Part shown: positions 1 to 13,250 of the stretch, piece after piece | Numbering within the stretch: the first letter of the stretch is position 1 | Layout: each line of letters begins with the position of its first letter | Origin: Eledone cirrhosa | Lineage: Eukaryota | Direction of reading: 5' to 3' | Length of the DNA: 64,000 nt | Assembly (NCBI GenBank): GCA_964016885.1 | Contig: OZ024747.1 | Span: forward strand, 49,042,001 to 49,106,000 | Position numbers and translations under genes: made by a program | Notes under the pieces: model-generated | Seen by the model: only the letters and a program-made list of their open reading frames with translations | The model's database searches: none | What the model was told of the DNA's origin: nothing

Positions 1-278
1 CTGTACAATATAATATCATACTCTCATATTATGACTGTCATTTCTAGGGTGGCAACGACTGTAGAATATAAGATCATACTCTCATATTATGACTGTCATA
101 TCTAGGATGGCAACGACTGTACAATATAATATCATAGTCTCATATTATGACTGTCATATCTAGGATGGCAACGACTGTACAATATAATATCATACTCTCA
201 TATTATGACTGTCATATCTAGGGTGGCAACGACTGTACAATATAAGATCATACTCTCATATTATGACTGTCATATCTA
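1..278. repeat. 58-bp tandem minisatellite (about 4.8 copies, runs off window start)
   Basis: Unit CTGTACAATATAATATCATACTCTCATATTATGACTGTCATATCTAGGGTGGCAACGA recurs at 1, 59, 117, 175 and 233. Confidence 0.95.
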
Positions 279-280
279 AA

Positions 281-1496
281 ACCACACAAAAGACCACGGC
301 GACCCTGACCACCAGGGCAAGCGCCCTCTCTCAGTTTTCCCACTGCTCAGTCTACGGGCGAATACTCAGAGTTCACTCGGACCTGACTCGCCACTTTCAC
401 CCACCTTTCAACAAGCTTACTAGAAGACAGCACTTCTCCCTCCACCCTGATTTTCCTCGTCAAGTGAAACTTGAAAAAGTTAATCAGGGATTGGCCGGAG
501 AGGAAAGTGTCCTTCTTCAACCCTTTCAACCTTGTCCACCACACAATCTCTTTCGCCATGGCCACCAGGCAGATGAAAACTGCCTGCCCTTCCTCCTCTT
601 TAAAGGAGGGTGGCGGGGCTATCTGCACAATGGACTCAGTTGAAAACCGGATCTGTCCTACACGCGACAGCAACTGTTCGACATAGCTCCACAAGTCAGC
701 AATCCTCGGGGACTGAACGAGTGCGTGCAGGACGCTTTCGTCGCCCTGCGCGCATCTCAGAAAGGCTCGGCTGAGGGCACTTCCGCGCCTGTATAGTTTA
801 TCTCGAACCGTGCCTGTAGAGCTTATCATGTTGAAGCATGGCCTCTTTTTTGCTGCTGCCGCAGCGAAAGTGTTCTTCTTGTTGTCGTTGAGGGTGTTGT
901 TGTTGTCGTTGTTCTTGTTGGTGTTGTTGTTATCACTGTCGCTGTTATCATTGTTGTCTTTGGTGCCGCCGTTGTTCTCGGTGCAGTTGGTATTGTTGCT
1001 GTTGCTGTTGTCGCTATTTGTTTTCATGTTAGTGGTGTTGATATCGTTGTTGCATTTGTCATTTTTTTGTTATCTGTATTTTCGTTGTCGCTGTTACTGT
1101 CATTTTTTTTTTTTTTTTAAATTAGAGTTCTGTGTTGTTATCATTGCTGTCTTTGCTCACATTGTTTGTGGTGGTGTTTGTTGTATCAATTTCTGTTAAT
1201 TTCGCCGTAGCGCTCCTCTCAACTTTTCCGTCTTTGTCGCACGACAGCAGACATATCGCTGGGGGGCGTGGCTCAGCCATGTTTCTTTTGTTGTTTTTTT
1301 TTCGGTAATTTTTTTTTTTAATGTAAAAGAGTTCAAATATTTGGGCCAAAAGGCCCAAATATTATACTTTCCCCTTTACAGGGCAAAGTCCAAGGGCTTG
1401 TATGCCTTACACAAGATCAAAAAAATCAATAAATAAGTTTTGACAGGTAAATAAATAAACTTACGAGAGCGAGCAAAAAGACGTCCGTTCAGACTC
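281..1496 (-). mobile_element. Internally deleted Tx1/L1-like non-LTR element (5' UTR and ORF1 N-terminus joined to ORF2 C-terminus)
   Basis: 347-810 encodes RDKLYRRGS..RCAQGDESVLHAL..LWSYVEQLL..VWWTRLKG, homologous to 22025-22600 and 23900-24370. 840-1496 is homologous to 45560-46219. The 5' end abuts (TAA)n. Confidence 0.8.

Positions 1497-1578
<82 letters not shown>
1497..1578. repeat. (TAA)n microsatellite
   Basis: Direct reading. Confidence 0.99.
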
Positions 1579-1579
<1 letters not shown>

Positions 1580-1979
1580 GGACGATTTGTTATATCTTTG
1601 TTACGTTTATTGGGTAGTGAAGCGCGTTTCGCTATTGATCAGCTCAAGGTTCGATCTGTATCGATCTGACCCGACTCTGGAATCAAAAGCTTGGTGGTCC
1701 TCTGCTGAAGTAATGACAGAATGAACATATAGAGCATAGAGATGCCTGTAACGATTCGCATCCTTTTGAGGTCGATAAAAAAAACTACCAGTCTAATACT
1801 GGGGTCAATTCATCCTCTATAGCTCTTTCTCACTTCATTTGACTCGCTCTTTTTCTCTGGAAGAAATATGTTGTGTTCAAACCAGGAGAGGCTACGCCAG
1901 GTTTTAAAAGTGAACAAGAAATGCCGTATGTCAATGCTACACCCCTACAACTCCAGCAGAGTTAAGGGTCCATACATAC

Positions 1980-2019
1980 AGAGAGGGAAGGGCAGTGCTC
2001 ATGGCCATTTACATGGTCT
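1980..2019 (-). CDS. Possible 40-nt internal exon (DHVNGHEHCPSLS) of the host gene
   Basis: Minus strand TTTCTATCAATTTCAG|AGACCATG...CTCTCT|GTATGT. Open in one phase only and no homology recognised. Confidence 0.2.
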
Positions 2020-2254
2020 CTGAAATTGATAGAAACGAGGATAATATACTAAAACAAGATAAGTGACCGGAACGCTTACAGCAGAATGGACCCCGCTAAA
2101 AGCACCCAAGGGGCATATAGTGATGTAAACGGAGTGGTGGTTTTAAGTCTGTCATCCAACCCAACATTAAGTCTGTCACTAAGAATGATTATCGGGGTTG
2201 ACCAACTTCACAGATTTTCAAGCATGTGTAGGTGTGAGCTACATGTATATATAT

Positions 2255-2373
<119 letters not shown>

Positions 2374-2689
2374 CATGTTGAAATCGAATGAACAACAACT
2401 CTTCAACTGCGGACATGTCAAAAACAGAAACATTGTTTACATTCTCACACTAGTCTGATGACTCATTACGTGATGACTGTTTAATGCTTTCGAAATGTAC
2501 ATGATAGGTGTTTTAAGACAATAAATTGAAGCGTAATATGTAAAACCGTCTCTTCTTCTTACTTATACCCGTCCGACACCATATTCTTACGTTTTTGAAT
2601 ACCTAAGACGTAGTGTGCTTATGCATAGTTACACTATAGATCATTGATTGCTAAGATCAGCCAACACGCATTGGATCGGCAGTATCGGT

Positions 2690-2810
2690 TTTCAGCATAG
2701 AGTTGCGGCCCTTTACGGTCTGAGTTCATATCCTGCCGGGGTCGATAAAATAAAGTACCAGTAATGCACTAGGCTAATTGCTGGCCTTGTGCCAAACTAT
2801 AGAAACAATC
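2690..2810 (+). mobile_element. Degenerate tRNA/CORE-type SINE (family A)
   Basis: GCATAGAGTTGCGGCCCTTTACGG..GGGGTCGATAAAATAAAGTACCAG..GCTGGCCTTGTGCC matches 12501-12724. Confidence 0.8.
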
Positions 2811-2957
2811 ATTTAACTGATATGTATACATATATAAGCACGCATGCGCGCATATATATATAAAAAAGTGGTTTAGACTAGATTGGTAAATGTTGAGATT
2901 TGTATCCATATGCTGTAAGTCTTTTCAATCTAACCCAGCAATGTATATGTACGTTTG

Positions 2958-3010
<53 letters not shown>

Positions 3011-3209
3011 CATATGTATAAACGTCATATTTCTCATAGGGAGAATCTGAAATGCACTACACTTTTACAATATGTACATTTCTTCTTCTTCTTCTTCTTC
3101 TTCTTCTTCTTCTTCTTCTCCAGCAATTCTTTATTTTTATTTGTTTCGCATTATTTTGTTTTATCATTGAGAATTGTTACTTAACATGTTTTTGAATTCC
3201 GCTCCTCGT

Positions 3210-6200
3210 CATCATCACCACCATCACCACCATCACCACCATCACTACCACCACCACCATCATTACCGCCATCACTACAACCACAACCACCACCATCACC
3301 ATCATCACCATCATCACCATCACCACCATCACCACCATCACTACCACCACGACCATCACCACCACCACCATCACCACCATCACCATCATCAACACCATCA
3401 CCACCACCATCACTACCACCACCACCATCACCACCATCACCATCACCACCACCACCACCATCACCACCACCACCACCATCACTACCACCACCACCATCAC
3501 CATCACCACCACCATCACCACCATCACCACCATCACCATCATTACCACCATCACCAACATCACCACCATCACCACCATCACCACCATCACCATCATTACC
3601 ACCATCACCACCATCACCACCATCACCATCATCACCATCATTACCACCATCACTACAACCACCACCATCACCATCACCACCACCATCACCATCATCACCA
3701 TCATCACCACCACCACCATCACCACCACCATCACTACCACCACCACAATCACCATCACCACCACCATCACCATCATCACCATCATCACCATCACCACCAT
3801 CACCATCACCATCACCACCATCACCACCATCACCACCATCACCACCATCACCACCACCACCATCACCACCATCACCACCACTATCACTACCACCACCACC
3901 ATCACCACCATCACCATCACCATCACCACCATCACCACCACCATCACCATCACCATCACCACCATCACCATCACCACCACCACCATCACCACCATCACCA
4001 TCACCACCATCACCATCACCATCACCATCACCACCATCACCACCATCACCACCATCACCATCACAACCACCATCACCACCACCACCATCACCATCACCAC
4101 CATCAACACCATCACCACCATCACCATCACCACCACCATCACCACCACCACCATCACCATCACCACCATCACCACCATCACCACCATCACCATCACCACC
4201 ACCATCACCACCATCACCATCACCATCACCATCACCACCATCACCACCATCACCACCATCACCATCACCACCACCATCACCACCACCACCATCACCATCA
4301 CCACCATCACCATCACCATCACCATCACCACCATCACTACCACCACCACCATCACCATCACCACCACCATCACCACCACCACCATCACCATCACCACCAT
4401 CACCATCACCATCACCATCACCACCATCACCACCACCACCATCACCATCACCACCATCACCATCACCATCACCATCACCACCATCACTACCACCACCATC
4501 ACCACCACCATCACCACCATCACCACCACCACCATCACAATCACCAACACCATCAGCACCATCACTACCACCACCACCATCACCATCACCACCACCATCA
4601 CCACCACCACCATCACCATCACCACCACCACCATCACCACCACCATCACCACCACCACCACCATCATCACCATCACCACCACCATCACCATCACCACCAC
4701 CATCACCACCACCACCATCACCATCACCACCATCACCACCATCACCATCACCACCACCACCATCACCACCATCACCACCATAACCATCACCATCACCATC
4801 ACCACCATCACCACCATCACCAGCATCACCATCACCACCATCACTACCACCACCACCATCACCATCACCACCACCATCACCACCACCACCATCACCATCA
4901 CCACCACCACCATCACCATCACCACCACCATCACCACCATCACCATCACCACCATCACCATCACCACCACCACCATCACCATCACCATCACCATCACCAC
5001 CATCACTACCACCACCACCATTACCATCACCACCACCATCACCACCACCACCATCACCATCACCACCACCACCATCACCATCACCACCACCATCACCACC
5101 ATCACCATCACCACCATCACCATCACCACCACCACCATCACTACCACCACCACCATCACCATCACCACCACCATCACCACCACCACCATCACCATCACCA
5201 CCACCACCATCACCATCACCACCACCATCACCACCATCACCATCACCACCATCACCATCACCACCATCACCATCACCATCACCATCACCATCAGCACCAT
5301 CACTACCACCACCACCATCACCATCACCACCACCATCACCACCACCACCATCACCATCACCACCACCACCATCACCATCACCACCACCATCACCACCATC
5401 ACCATCACCACCATCACCATCACCATCACCACCATCACTACCACCACCACCATCACCATCACCACCACCATCACCACCACCACCACCACCATCACCACCA
5501 CCACCATCACCATCACCACCACCATCACCACCATCACCATCACCACCATCACCATCACCACCACCACCATCACCATCACCATCACCACCATCACTACCAC
5601 CACCACCATCACCATCACCACCACCATCACCACCACCACCATCACCATCACCACCACCACCACCACCACCACCATCACCACCACCACCATCACCATCACC
5701 ACCATCATCACCATCACCACCATCACCACCATCATCACCATCACCACCACCATCACCACCACCACCATCACCATCACCACCATCATCACCATCACCATCA
5801 CCACCATCACCATCACCACCACCATCACCATCACCACCACCATCACCACCACCATCACCACCACCACCATCACCATCACCACCATCACCATCACCATCAC
5901 CACCATCACCACCATCACCACCATCACCATCACCACCACCATCACCACCACCACCATCACTATCACCACCACCATCACCACCATCACCATCACCACCATC
6001 ACCATCACCATGACCATCACCACCACCATCACCATCACCACCACCATCACCACCACCATCACCACCACCACCATCACTATCACCACCATCATCACCATCA
6101 CCACCATCACCACCATCACCATCACCACCATCACCACCACCATCACCATCACCACCATCATCACCATCACCACCATCACCACCATCACCATCACCACCAT

Positions 6201-8246
6201 CACCATCACCACCACCATCACCACCACCATCACCACCATCACCATCACCATCACCATCACCACCACCACCACCATCACCATCACCACCACCATCACCATC
6301 ACCACCACCATCACCACCACCATCACCACCACCACCATCACCATCACCACCACCATCACCACCACCACCATCACCATCACCACCACCATCACCACCACCA
6401 TCACCACCACCACCATCACCATCACCACCACCATCACCACCACCACCATCACCATCACCACCACCATCACCACCACCACCATCACCATCACCACCACCAC
6501 CACCACCACGACCACCATCACCACCATCACCATCACCACCACCACCATCACCATCACCACCGCCGCCACCACCACCACCATACCACCACCACCACCACCA
6601 TCACCACCACCACCACCATCACCACCACAACCACCATCACCACCGCCGCCACCACCACCACCATACCACCACCACCACCACCATCACCACCACCACCACC
6701 ACCGACACCACCACCAACACCACCATCACCATCACCACCACCACCATCACCATCACCACCGCCGCCACCACCACCACCATCACCACCATCACCATCACCA
6801 CCACCACCATACCACCACCACCACCACCATCACGAACACCACCACCACCGACACCACCACCAACACCACCAACACCACCACCATCACCACCATCACCATC
6901 ACCACCATCACCACCACCATCACCACCATCACCACCATCACCATCACCACCATCACCACCACCATCACCATCACCACCATCACCACCACCATCACCATCA
7001 CCACCATCACCACCATCACCACCATCACCATCACCACCACCATCACCACCACCACCATCACCACCACCACCATCACCACCACCATCACCACCACCACCAT
7101 CACCACCATCACCACCATCACCATCACCACCACCATCACCACCACCACCATCACCATCACCACCACCACCATCACCACCATCACCACCACCATCACCACC
7201 ACCACCATCACCATCACCACCACCATCATCACCATCACCACCACCACCATCACCACCACCATCACCACCACCACCATCACCATCACCATCACCACCACCA
7301 CCATCACCACCACCATCACCACCATCACCATCACCACCACCACCATCACCACCACCACCACCACCATCACCATCACCACCACCACAATCACCACCATCAC
7401 CACCACCATCACCACCACCACCATCACCATCACCACCACCACCATCACCATCACCACCACCACCATCACCACCACCATCACCACCACCACCATCACCACC
7501 ACCACCATCACCACCACCATCACCACCACCACCATCACCACCACCACCATCACCATCACCACCACCACCATCACCACCACCATCACCACCACCACCATCA
7601 CCACCACCACCATCACCACCACCATCACCACCACCACCATCACCACCACCACCATCACCACCACCATCACCACCACCACCATCGCCATCATCACCACCAC
7701 CACCATCACCACCACCACCACCACCATCACCACCGCCGCCACCACCACCACCATACCACCACCACCACCACCACCATCACCACCACCACCATCACCACCA
7801 CCACCACCATCACCACCACCACCACCATCACCACCACCACCATCACCACCACCATCGCCATCATCACCACCACCACCATCACCACCACCACCACCACCAT
7901 CACCACCGCCGCCACCACCACCACCATACCACCACCACCACCACCATCACCACCACCACCATCACCACCACCATCGCCATCATCACCACCACCACCATCA
8001 CCACCACCACCACCACCATCACCACCGCCGCCACCACCACCACCATACCACCACCACCATCACCACCACCACCACCACCACCACCATCGCCATCATCACC
8101 ACCACCACCATCACCACCACCACCATCACCACCGCCGCCACCACCACCACCATACCACCACCACCACCACCACCATCACCACCATCACCCCCACCACCAC
8201 CCCCATCACCACCACCACCGCCACCATCACCACCACCGCCACCACC

Positions 8247-8303
<57 letters not shown>
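3210..8303. repeat. About 5-kb (CAC/CAT)n compound trinucleotide array ending in (AAC)n
   Basis: Direct reading. It produces the spurious poly-His, poly-Thr/Ile and poly-Val/Met ORFs. Confidence 0.98.
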
Positions 8304-8305
<2 letters not shown>

Positions 8306-8514
8306 ATGTCAGCAATACTCTTCATATATAAATTTCCTTATTTTCTGTTGTTATTACTTTTGCTATTTTCTCTTTATTTCCTGTTTTTGTTTTCGTTCTA
8401 TGATTTTTTTTTGTTACTTTTTTGAGTTTGTTTGCTTTTTGTTTGTTTTGTTATTGTTGTTTTTTTTTGTAAATTCTTGTCGTTTCTTTCCTATTGATGT
8501 TGTTGTTATTGTCT

Positions 8515-8645
8515 TATTGGATTGGTAGAATCGTCAGAAGGTCGCATGAAATAGATTATAGCATTTAACGCCCTAATTTCAATTCCCGTCAACTTCGTCA
8601 TTCATCCTTCTAAGGTGAAGAAAATATAGAACCAGTTAAGTAGTG
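8515..8645 (+). mobile_element. Degenerate SINE family A copy running into the 20-bp satellite
   Basis: GGATTGGTAGAATCGTCAGA head, TTCATCCTT core, then ACCAGTTAAGTAGTGG. Confidence 0.6.
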
Positions 8646-9720
8646 GAGCCAATAGTTAAGTACTGGAGCCACCAGTTAAGTAGTGGAGCCAATAGTTAAG
8701 TACTGGAGCCACCAGTTAAGTAGTGAAGCCACCAGTTAAGTACAAGGAGCCACCAGTTAAGTACTGGAGCCAATAGTTAAGTACTGGAGCCACCAGTTAA
8801 GTAGTGGAGCCAATAGTTAAATAGTGGAGCCAATAGTTAAGTAGTGGAGCCAATAGTTAAGTAGTGGAGCCACCAGTTAAGTAGTGGAGCCAATAGTTAA
8901 GTAGTGGAGCCACCAGTTAAGTAGTGGAGCCAATAGTTAAGTACTGGGGCCACCAGTTAAGTACTGGAGCCTTTAGTTAAGTACTGGAGCCACCAGTTAA
9001 GTACTGGAGCCACCAGTTAAGTACTGGAGCCTTTAGTTAAGTACTGGAGCCACCAGTTAAGTACTGGAGCCTTTAGTTAAGTACTGGATCCACCAGTTAA
9101 GTACTGGGGCCTTTAGTTAAGTACTGGAGCCACCAGTTAAGTACTGGAGCCTTTAGTTAAGTAGTGGAGCCACCAGTTAAGTACTAGAGCCACCAGTTAA
9201 GTACTGGAGCCACCAGTTAAGTACTGGAGCCAATAGTTAAGTACTGGAGCCCCCAGTTAAGTACTGGAGCCACCAGTTAAGTACTGGAGCCTTTAGTTAT
9301 GTACTGGAGCCACCAGTTAAGTACTGGAGCCAATAGTTAAGTACTGGAGCCACCAGTTAAGTACTGGAGCCAATAGTTAAGTACTGGAGCCACCAGTTAA
9401 GTACTGGAGCCACCAGTTAAGTACTGGAGCCTTTAGTTAAGTACTGGAGCCATCAGTTAAGTACTGGAGCCGCCAGTTAAGTACTGGAGCCGCCAGTTAA
9501 GTACTGGAGCCACCAGTTAAGTAGTGGAGCCAATAGTTAAGTACTGGAGCCACCAGTTAAGTACTGGAGCCACCAGTTAAGTACTGGAGCCACCAGTTAA
9601 GTACTGGAGCCAATAGTTAAGTACTGGAGCCACCAGTTAATTACTGGAGCCACCAGTTAAGTACTGGAGCCAATAGTTAAGTACTGGAGCCACCAGTTAA
9701 GTACTGGAGCCACCAGTTAA
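8631..9720. repeat. 20-bp minisatellite (ACCAGTTAAGTACTGGAGCC), about 54 copies
   Basis: Direct reading. Variants CCAATAG and CCTTTAG. Internal CCAGT/ACTGG dyad. Confidence 0.98.
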
Positions 9721-9862
9721 GTTCTGAGTTCAAATGCCGCCCAGGTCAACTTTGTCTTTCATCCCTTCGGGGATCGTTAAAATACAATACCAGTTATGTA
9801 CTGATGTTGATATAATCTTTTGTCCCCTAAATTGCTGGCCTTGTGCCAATCTTAGAGAGAAT
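9721..9862 (+). mobile_element. SINE family A, 3' part
   Basis: GTTCTGAGTTCAAATGCCGCC..TTTCATCCCTTCGGGG..ACCAGTTATGTACTG..AAATTGCTGGCCTTGTGCC. Confidence 0.8.
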
Positions 9863-9904
9863 GATTGTTGTTGTCATTGTTGTTTTCTTCCAATTAGTGT
9901 TCAT

Positions 9905-10940
9905 ATTAGTGTTGTTGTTGTTGTTATTGTTGTTGCTATTAGTGTTGTTGTTGTTGTTGTTATTGTTGTTGCTATTAGTGTTATTGTTGTTATTGTTATT
10001 TTTGTTGCTATTAGTGTTATTGTTGTTGTTGCTATTAGTGTTATTGTTGTTGTAATTGTTGTTGTTGCTATTAGTGTTATTGTTGTTGTAATTGTTGTTG
10101 TTGCTATTAGTGTTATTGTTGTTGTAATTGTTGTTGTTGCTATTAGTGTTATTGTTGTTGTAATTGTTGTTGTTGCTATTAGTGTTATTGTTGTTGTAAT
10201 TGTTGTTGTTGCTATTAGTGTTATTGCTGTTGTAATTGTTGTTGTTGCTATTAGTGTTATTGTTGTTGTAATTGTTGATGTTGCTATTAGTGTTATTGTT
10301 GTTGTAATTGTTGTTGTTGCTATTAGTGTTATTGCTGTTGTAATTGTTGTTGTTGCTATTAGTGTTATTGTTGTTGTAATTGTTGATGTTGCTATTAGTG
10401 TTATTGTTGTTGTAATTGTTGTTGTTGCTATTAGTGTTATTGTTGTTGTAATTGTTGTTGTTGCTATTAGTGTTATTGTTGTTGTAATTGTTGTTGTTGC
10501 TATTAGTGTTATTGCTGTTGTAATTGTTGTTGTTGCTATTAGTGTTATTGTTGTTGTAATTGTTGATGTTGCTATTAGTGTTATTGTTGTTGTAATTGTT
10601 GTTGTTGCTATTAGTGTTATTGTTGTTGTAATTGTTGTTGTTGCTATTAGTGTTATTGTTGTTGTAATTGTTGTTGTTGCTATTAGTGTTATTGTTGTTG
10701 TAATTGTTGTTGTTGCTATTAGTGTTATTGTTGTTGTAATTGTTGTTGTTGCAATTAGTGTTATTGTTGTTGCTATTAGTGTTATTGCTGTTGTTGTTAT
10801 TGTTGTTGCTATTAGTGTTATTGTTGTTGTTGTTGTTATTGCTATTGTTGTTATTGTTGTTGCTATTGGTGTTATTGTTGTTGTTGTAATTGTTGTTGTT
10901 GTAGTTGTTGTTGTTGCTATTAGTGTTATTGTTGTTGTTG
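9905..10940. repeat. 36-bp minisatellite (GCTATTAGTGTTATTGTTGTTGTAATTGTTGTTGTT) grading into (GTT)n
   Basis: About 20 regular units at 10031-10750 with irregular flanks. Confidence 0.97.
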
Positions 10941-11888
10941 TCTTCTTGGTTTACTTTTATTTTTAATGTTGTTTTGTTTTTGTTTGTATTATTCCCCGCC
11001 ATTTCTGAAACACACTTCCTGCTATCTCCATCTCACCATTCAACTGCAATCTTACATTTTTTCTCAACAAAGCTTTTTTTCTTTCTCTCTTGAAACCAAT
11101 AATGGCTCAGTAGAGCTACACTGCTACCCACTGAACATCTTCCTTAATTATAGCAATGTCTTCCATCCAGGCCAGATTTGTTTTTTTTTATTACTATTAC
11201 TATTACTATTATTTTTTTTTTTTGTAACAAAAACACAAGAACAATGGTTAAAGAAATGAATAAAAATAGAGATGTTAATCATAATGATACTACCACTACT
11301 ACTACTACGACCACCACCACCACCACTACTACTACTACGACGACCACCACCACCACTATTACTACTAATAGAATTATTATTATTAACAACAACAACAACA
11401 ATAATAATAATAATATTTAATCCCCCCCCTTTTTTCCACCATCGACTATGTATGTTGTAATCGTTATGAAATCCTAACATAACGTCTGGTCGGTCGTTGT
11501 TGTTAGTTTACTGAGTGGTGGGGTGAGGAGGTGAGGGGAAGATGGGTGAGAGGGGGTGAATGGGTGAGAGAGAGGAATGAAAGAGAGAGGGAGAGAAAGC
11601 GAGAGCCGGGTGAGAGAGATGAGATGTTGACAGAGAAATAGAGTGAAAAAGAGAGAGTGAGAGAAAAAAAAGAGAGCAAGAGAGAGATGTTCAGAGAGTG
11701 TGGTGGATAAGAGAGAGAAAGAGAGAGAGAGAGAGATTTTGACAGAAAGAAACAGAAAGAGAGAGAGGGGGAGAGAGGGAGGGAGAGATGTTGACAAAGA
11801 AAGGGAGAAAAAAAAAGAGACGAACAGTCAGTTGTAGTGGAAAGAGGGAGGAGTAAAGAGAAAAAGAGAGGAAGAATAAAGATTGAAT

Positions 11889-11972
<84 letters not shown>

Positions 11973-12280
11973 TCTATGACGTCAAACATCTCCAGTTTAG
12001 AAATTTCCTCAGTAAAGAAAACCAAAGATGTTTGTTTTGTGTTTTTTATGGTCGGTATCTGTATGTTTATATATATTACTTTTATTTTCATATAGATAAT
12101 ATGCTAACACACACACACACACACACACGCACACACACTCGCGCGCACACGCACAAACATATTTTTACACAAATTGTTGTTTTATTTAAATGTCATGAAA
12201 CGAGAGCATCACATGATTTCCCGGAGAAAAACATCTGAGGTCCGAGGAAGATGACACAATTGCTGTTATTATTATTAGTA

Positions 12281-12925
12281 GTAGAGCGTCGGACACCTTG
12301 ATTCGTTGCATAGAGTTACGGCCCTTTACGTTCCGAATTCAAATCCCGCCGAGGTTAGCTTTGCCTTTTATCCATACGGGGTCGATAAAATAAAGTACCA
12401 GTAATGAATTGGGGTCAATTGAATCGACTCCCCCCTCCCCGCCCAATTATTGGCCTTGTGCCTATATAAGAAATCATTATTATTAGTAGTAAAACGTCGG
12501 AGGGCGGTGGATTGGTAGAATCGGTAGAGAGTCGGACGCCATGCTTTGCAGCATAGAGTTACGGCGCTTTATGATCTGAATTCAAATCCAGCCGAGGTTA
12601 ACTTTGCCTTTCGTCCTTACGGGGTCAATGAAATAAAGTACCAGTCACGCACTGAGATCGATTTAATCGACTTTCCACTCCCCCGAAATTGCTGGCCTTG
12701 TGCCTATATAAGAAACTATTATTAGTAGAGCGTCGAACACCATGATTCTTGGCATAGAGTTACGGCCCTTTAAGTTTTGAGTTCAAATCCTCCTGAAGTT
12801 AGCTTTGCCTTTCATCCTTACGGGGTCGGTAAAATAAAGCACCAGTAACGCACTGGGTTCGATTTAATCGACTTTCCACTCCCCTAAAATTGCTGGTCTT
12901 GTGCCTATATAAGAAACCATTATTA
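12281..12925 (+). mobile_element. Three head-to-tail tRNA-derived CORE-like SINEs (family A): 12281-12484, 12501-12724, 12727-12925
   Basis: A-box-like TGGATTGGTAGAATCGG, B-box-like GAGTTCAAATCC, core TTTGCCTTTCATCCTTACGGGGTCG and tail GGCCTTGTGCCTATATAAGAAAC(TAT)n. Confidence 0.9.
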
Positions 12926-12959
12926 CAATCATATTGCTACGAGTGTACAATGTATGGAT

Positions 12960-13250
12960 CTGTTGTTGTTTTACTTCTGTCGGTTCCAAAGACCTGTGTG
13001 TTCCAATTATTGGAGCACCGGAATAATCTGCTGTGAATTTAAAGTGAAAGTGACTGAGTATTTCTACAGACACATACACCGTGTGTAACAAAGCCAGTCT
13101 TTCGAAATACAGGTACAACTTATTTTTTCCAGCCTAGGAAACTGGAGCAATATGGAATAAAATGTTTGGCTCAAGTTCACAATGCATCATTGGAACTCGA
13201 ATTCACGACCTTTCGATCGTTGTCGAACACCCCAACCCTTAAGACATTTG
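12960..13250 (-). mobile_element. Degenerate tRNA-derived SINE (family B)
   Basis: CTGTCGGTTCC..TACAGGTACAAC..ACTGGAGCAA..AATAAAATGT matches 29455-29790 and 36013-36310. Confidence 0.7.

Noticed and set aside
2445-2510. Hammerhead-like CTGATGA..CGAAATGTACATG
   Set aside because: Triplet AUG is not cleavable and stems I and II pair poorly. At best a decayed copy.
3174-8528. 1784-aa poly-His ORF and overlapping Val/Met and Thr/Ile ORFs
   Set aside because: Translation of a stop-free trinucleotide array. It drifts between His, Thr and Pro phases and has no domain or credible start.
8631-9720. CRISPR-like appearance of a palindromic short repeat array
   Set aside because: Units are contiguous with no unique spacers, there are no cas genes and the context is eukaryotic.
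9734-11002. 410-aa hydrophobic and 391-aa Asn-rich ORFs
   Set aside because: Products of a 36-bp minisatellite whose length is a multiple of three.
12501-12600. tRNA gene
   Set aside because: The A/B-box-like head belongs to a SINE. There is no cloverleaf and it is followed by the SINE core and tail.
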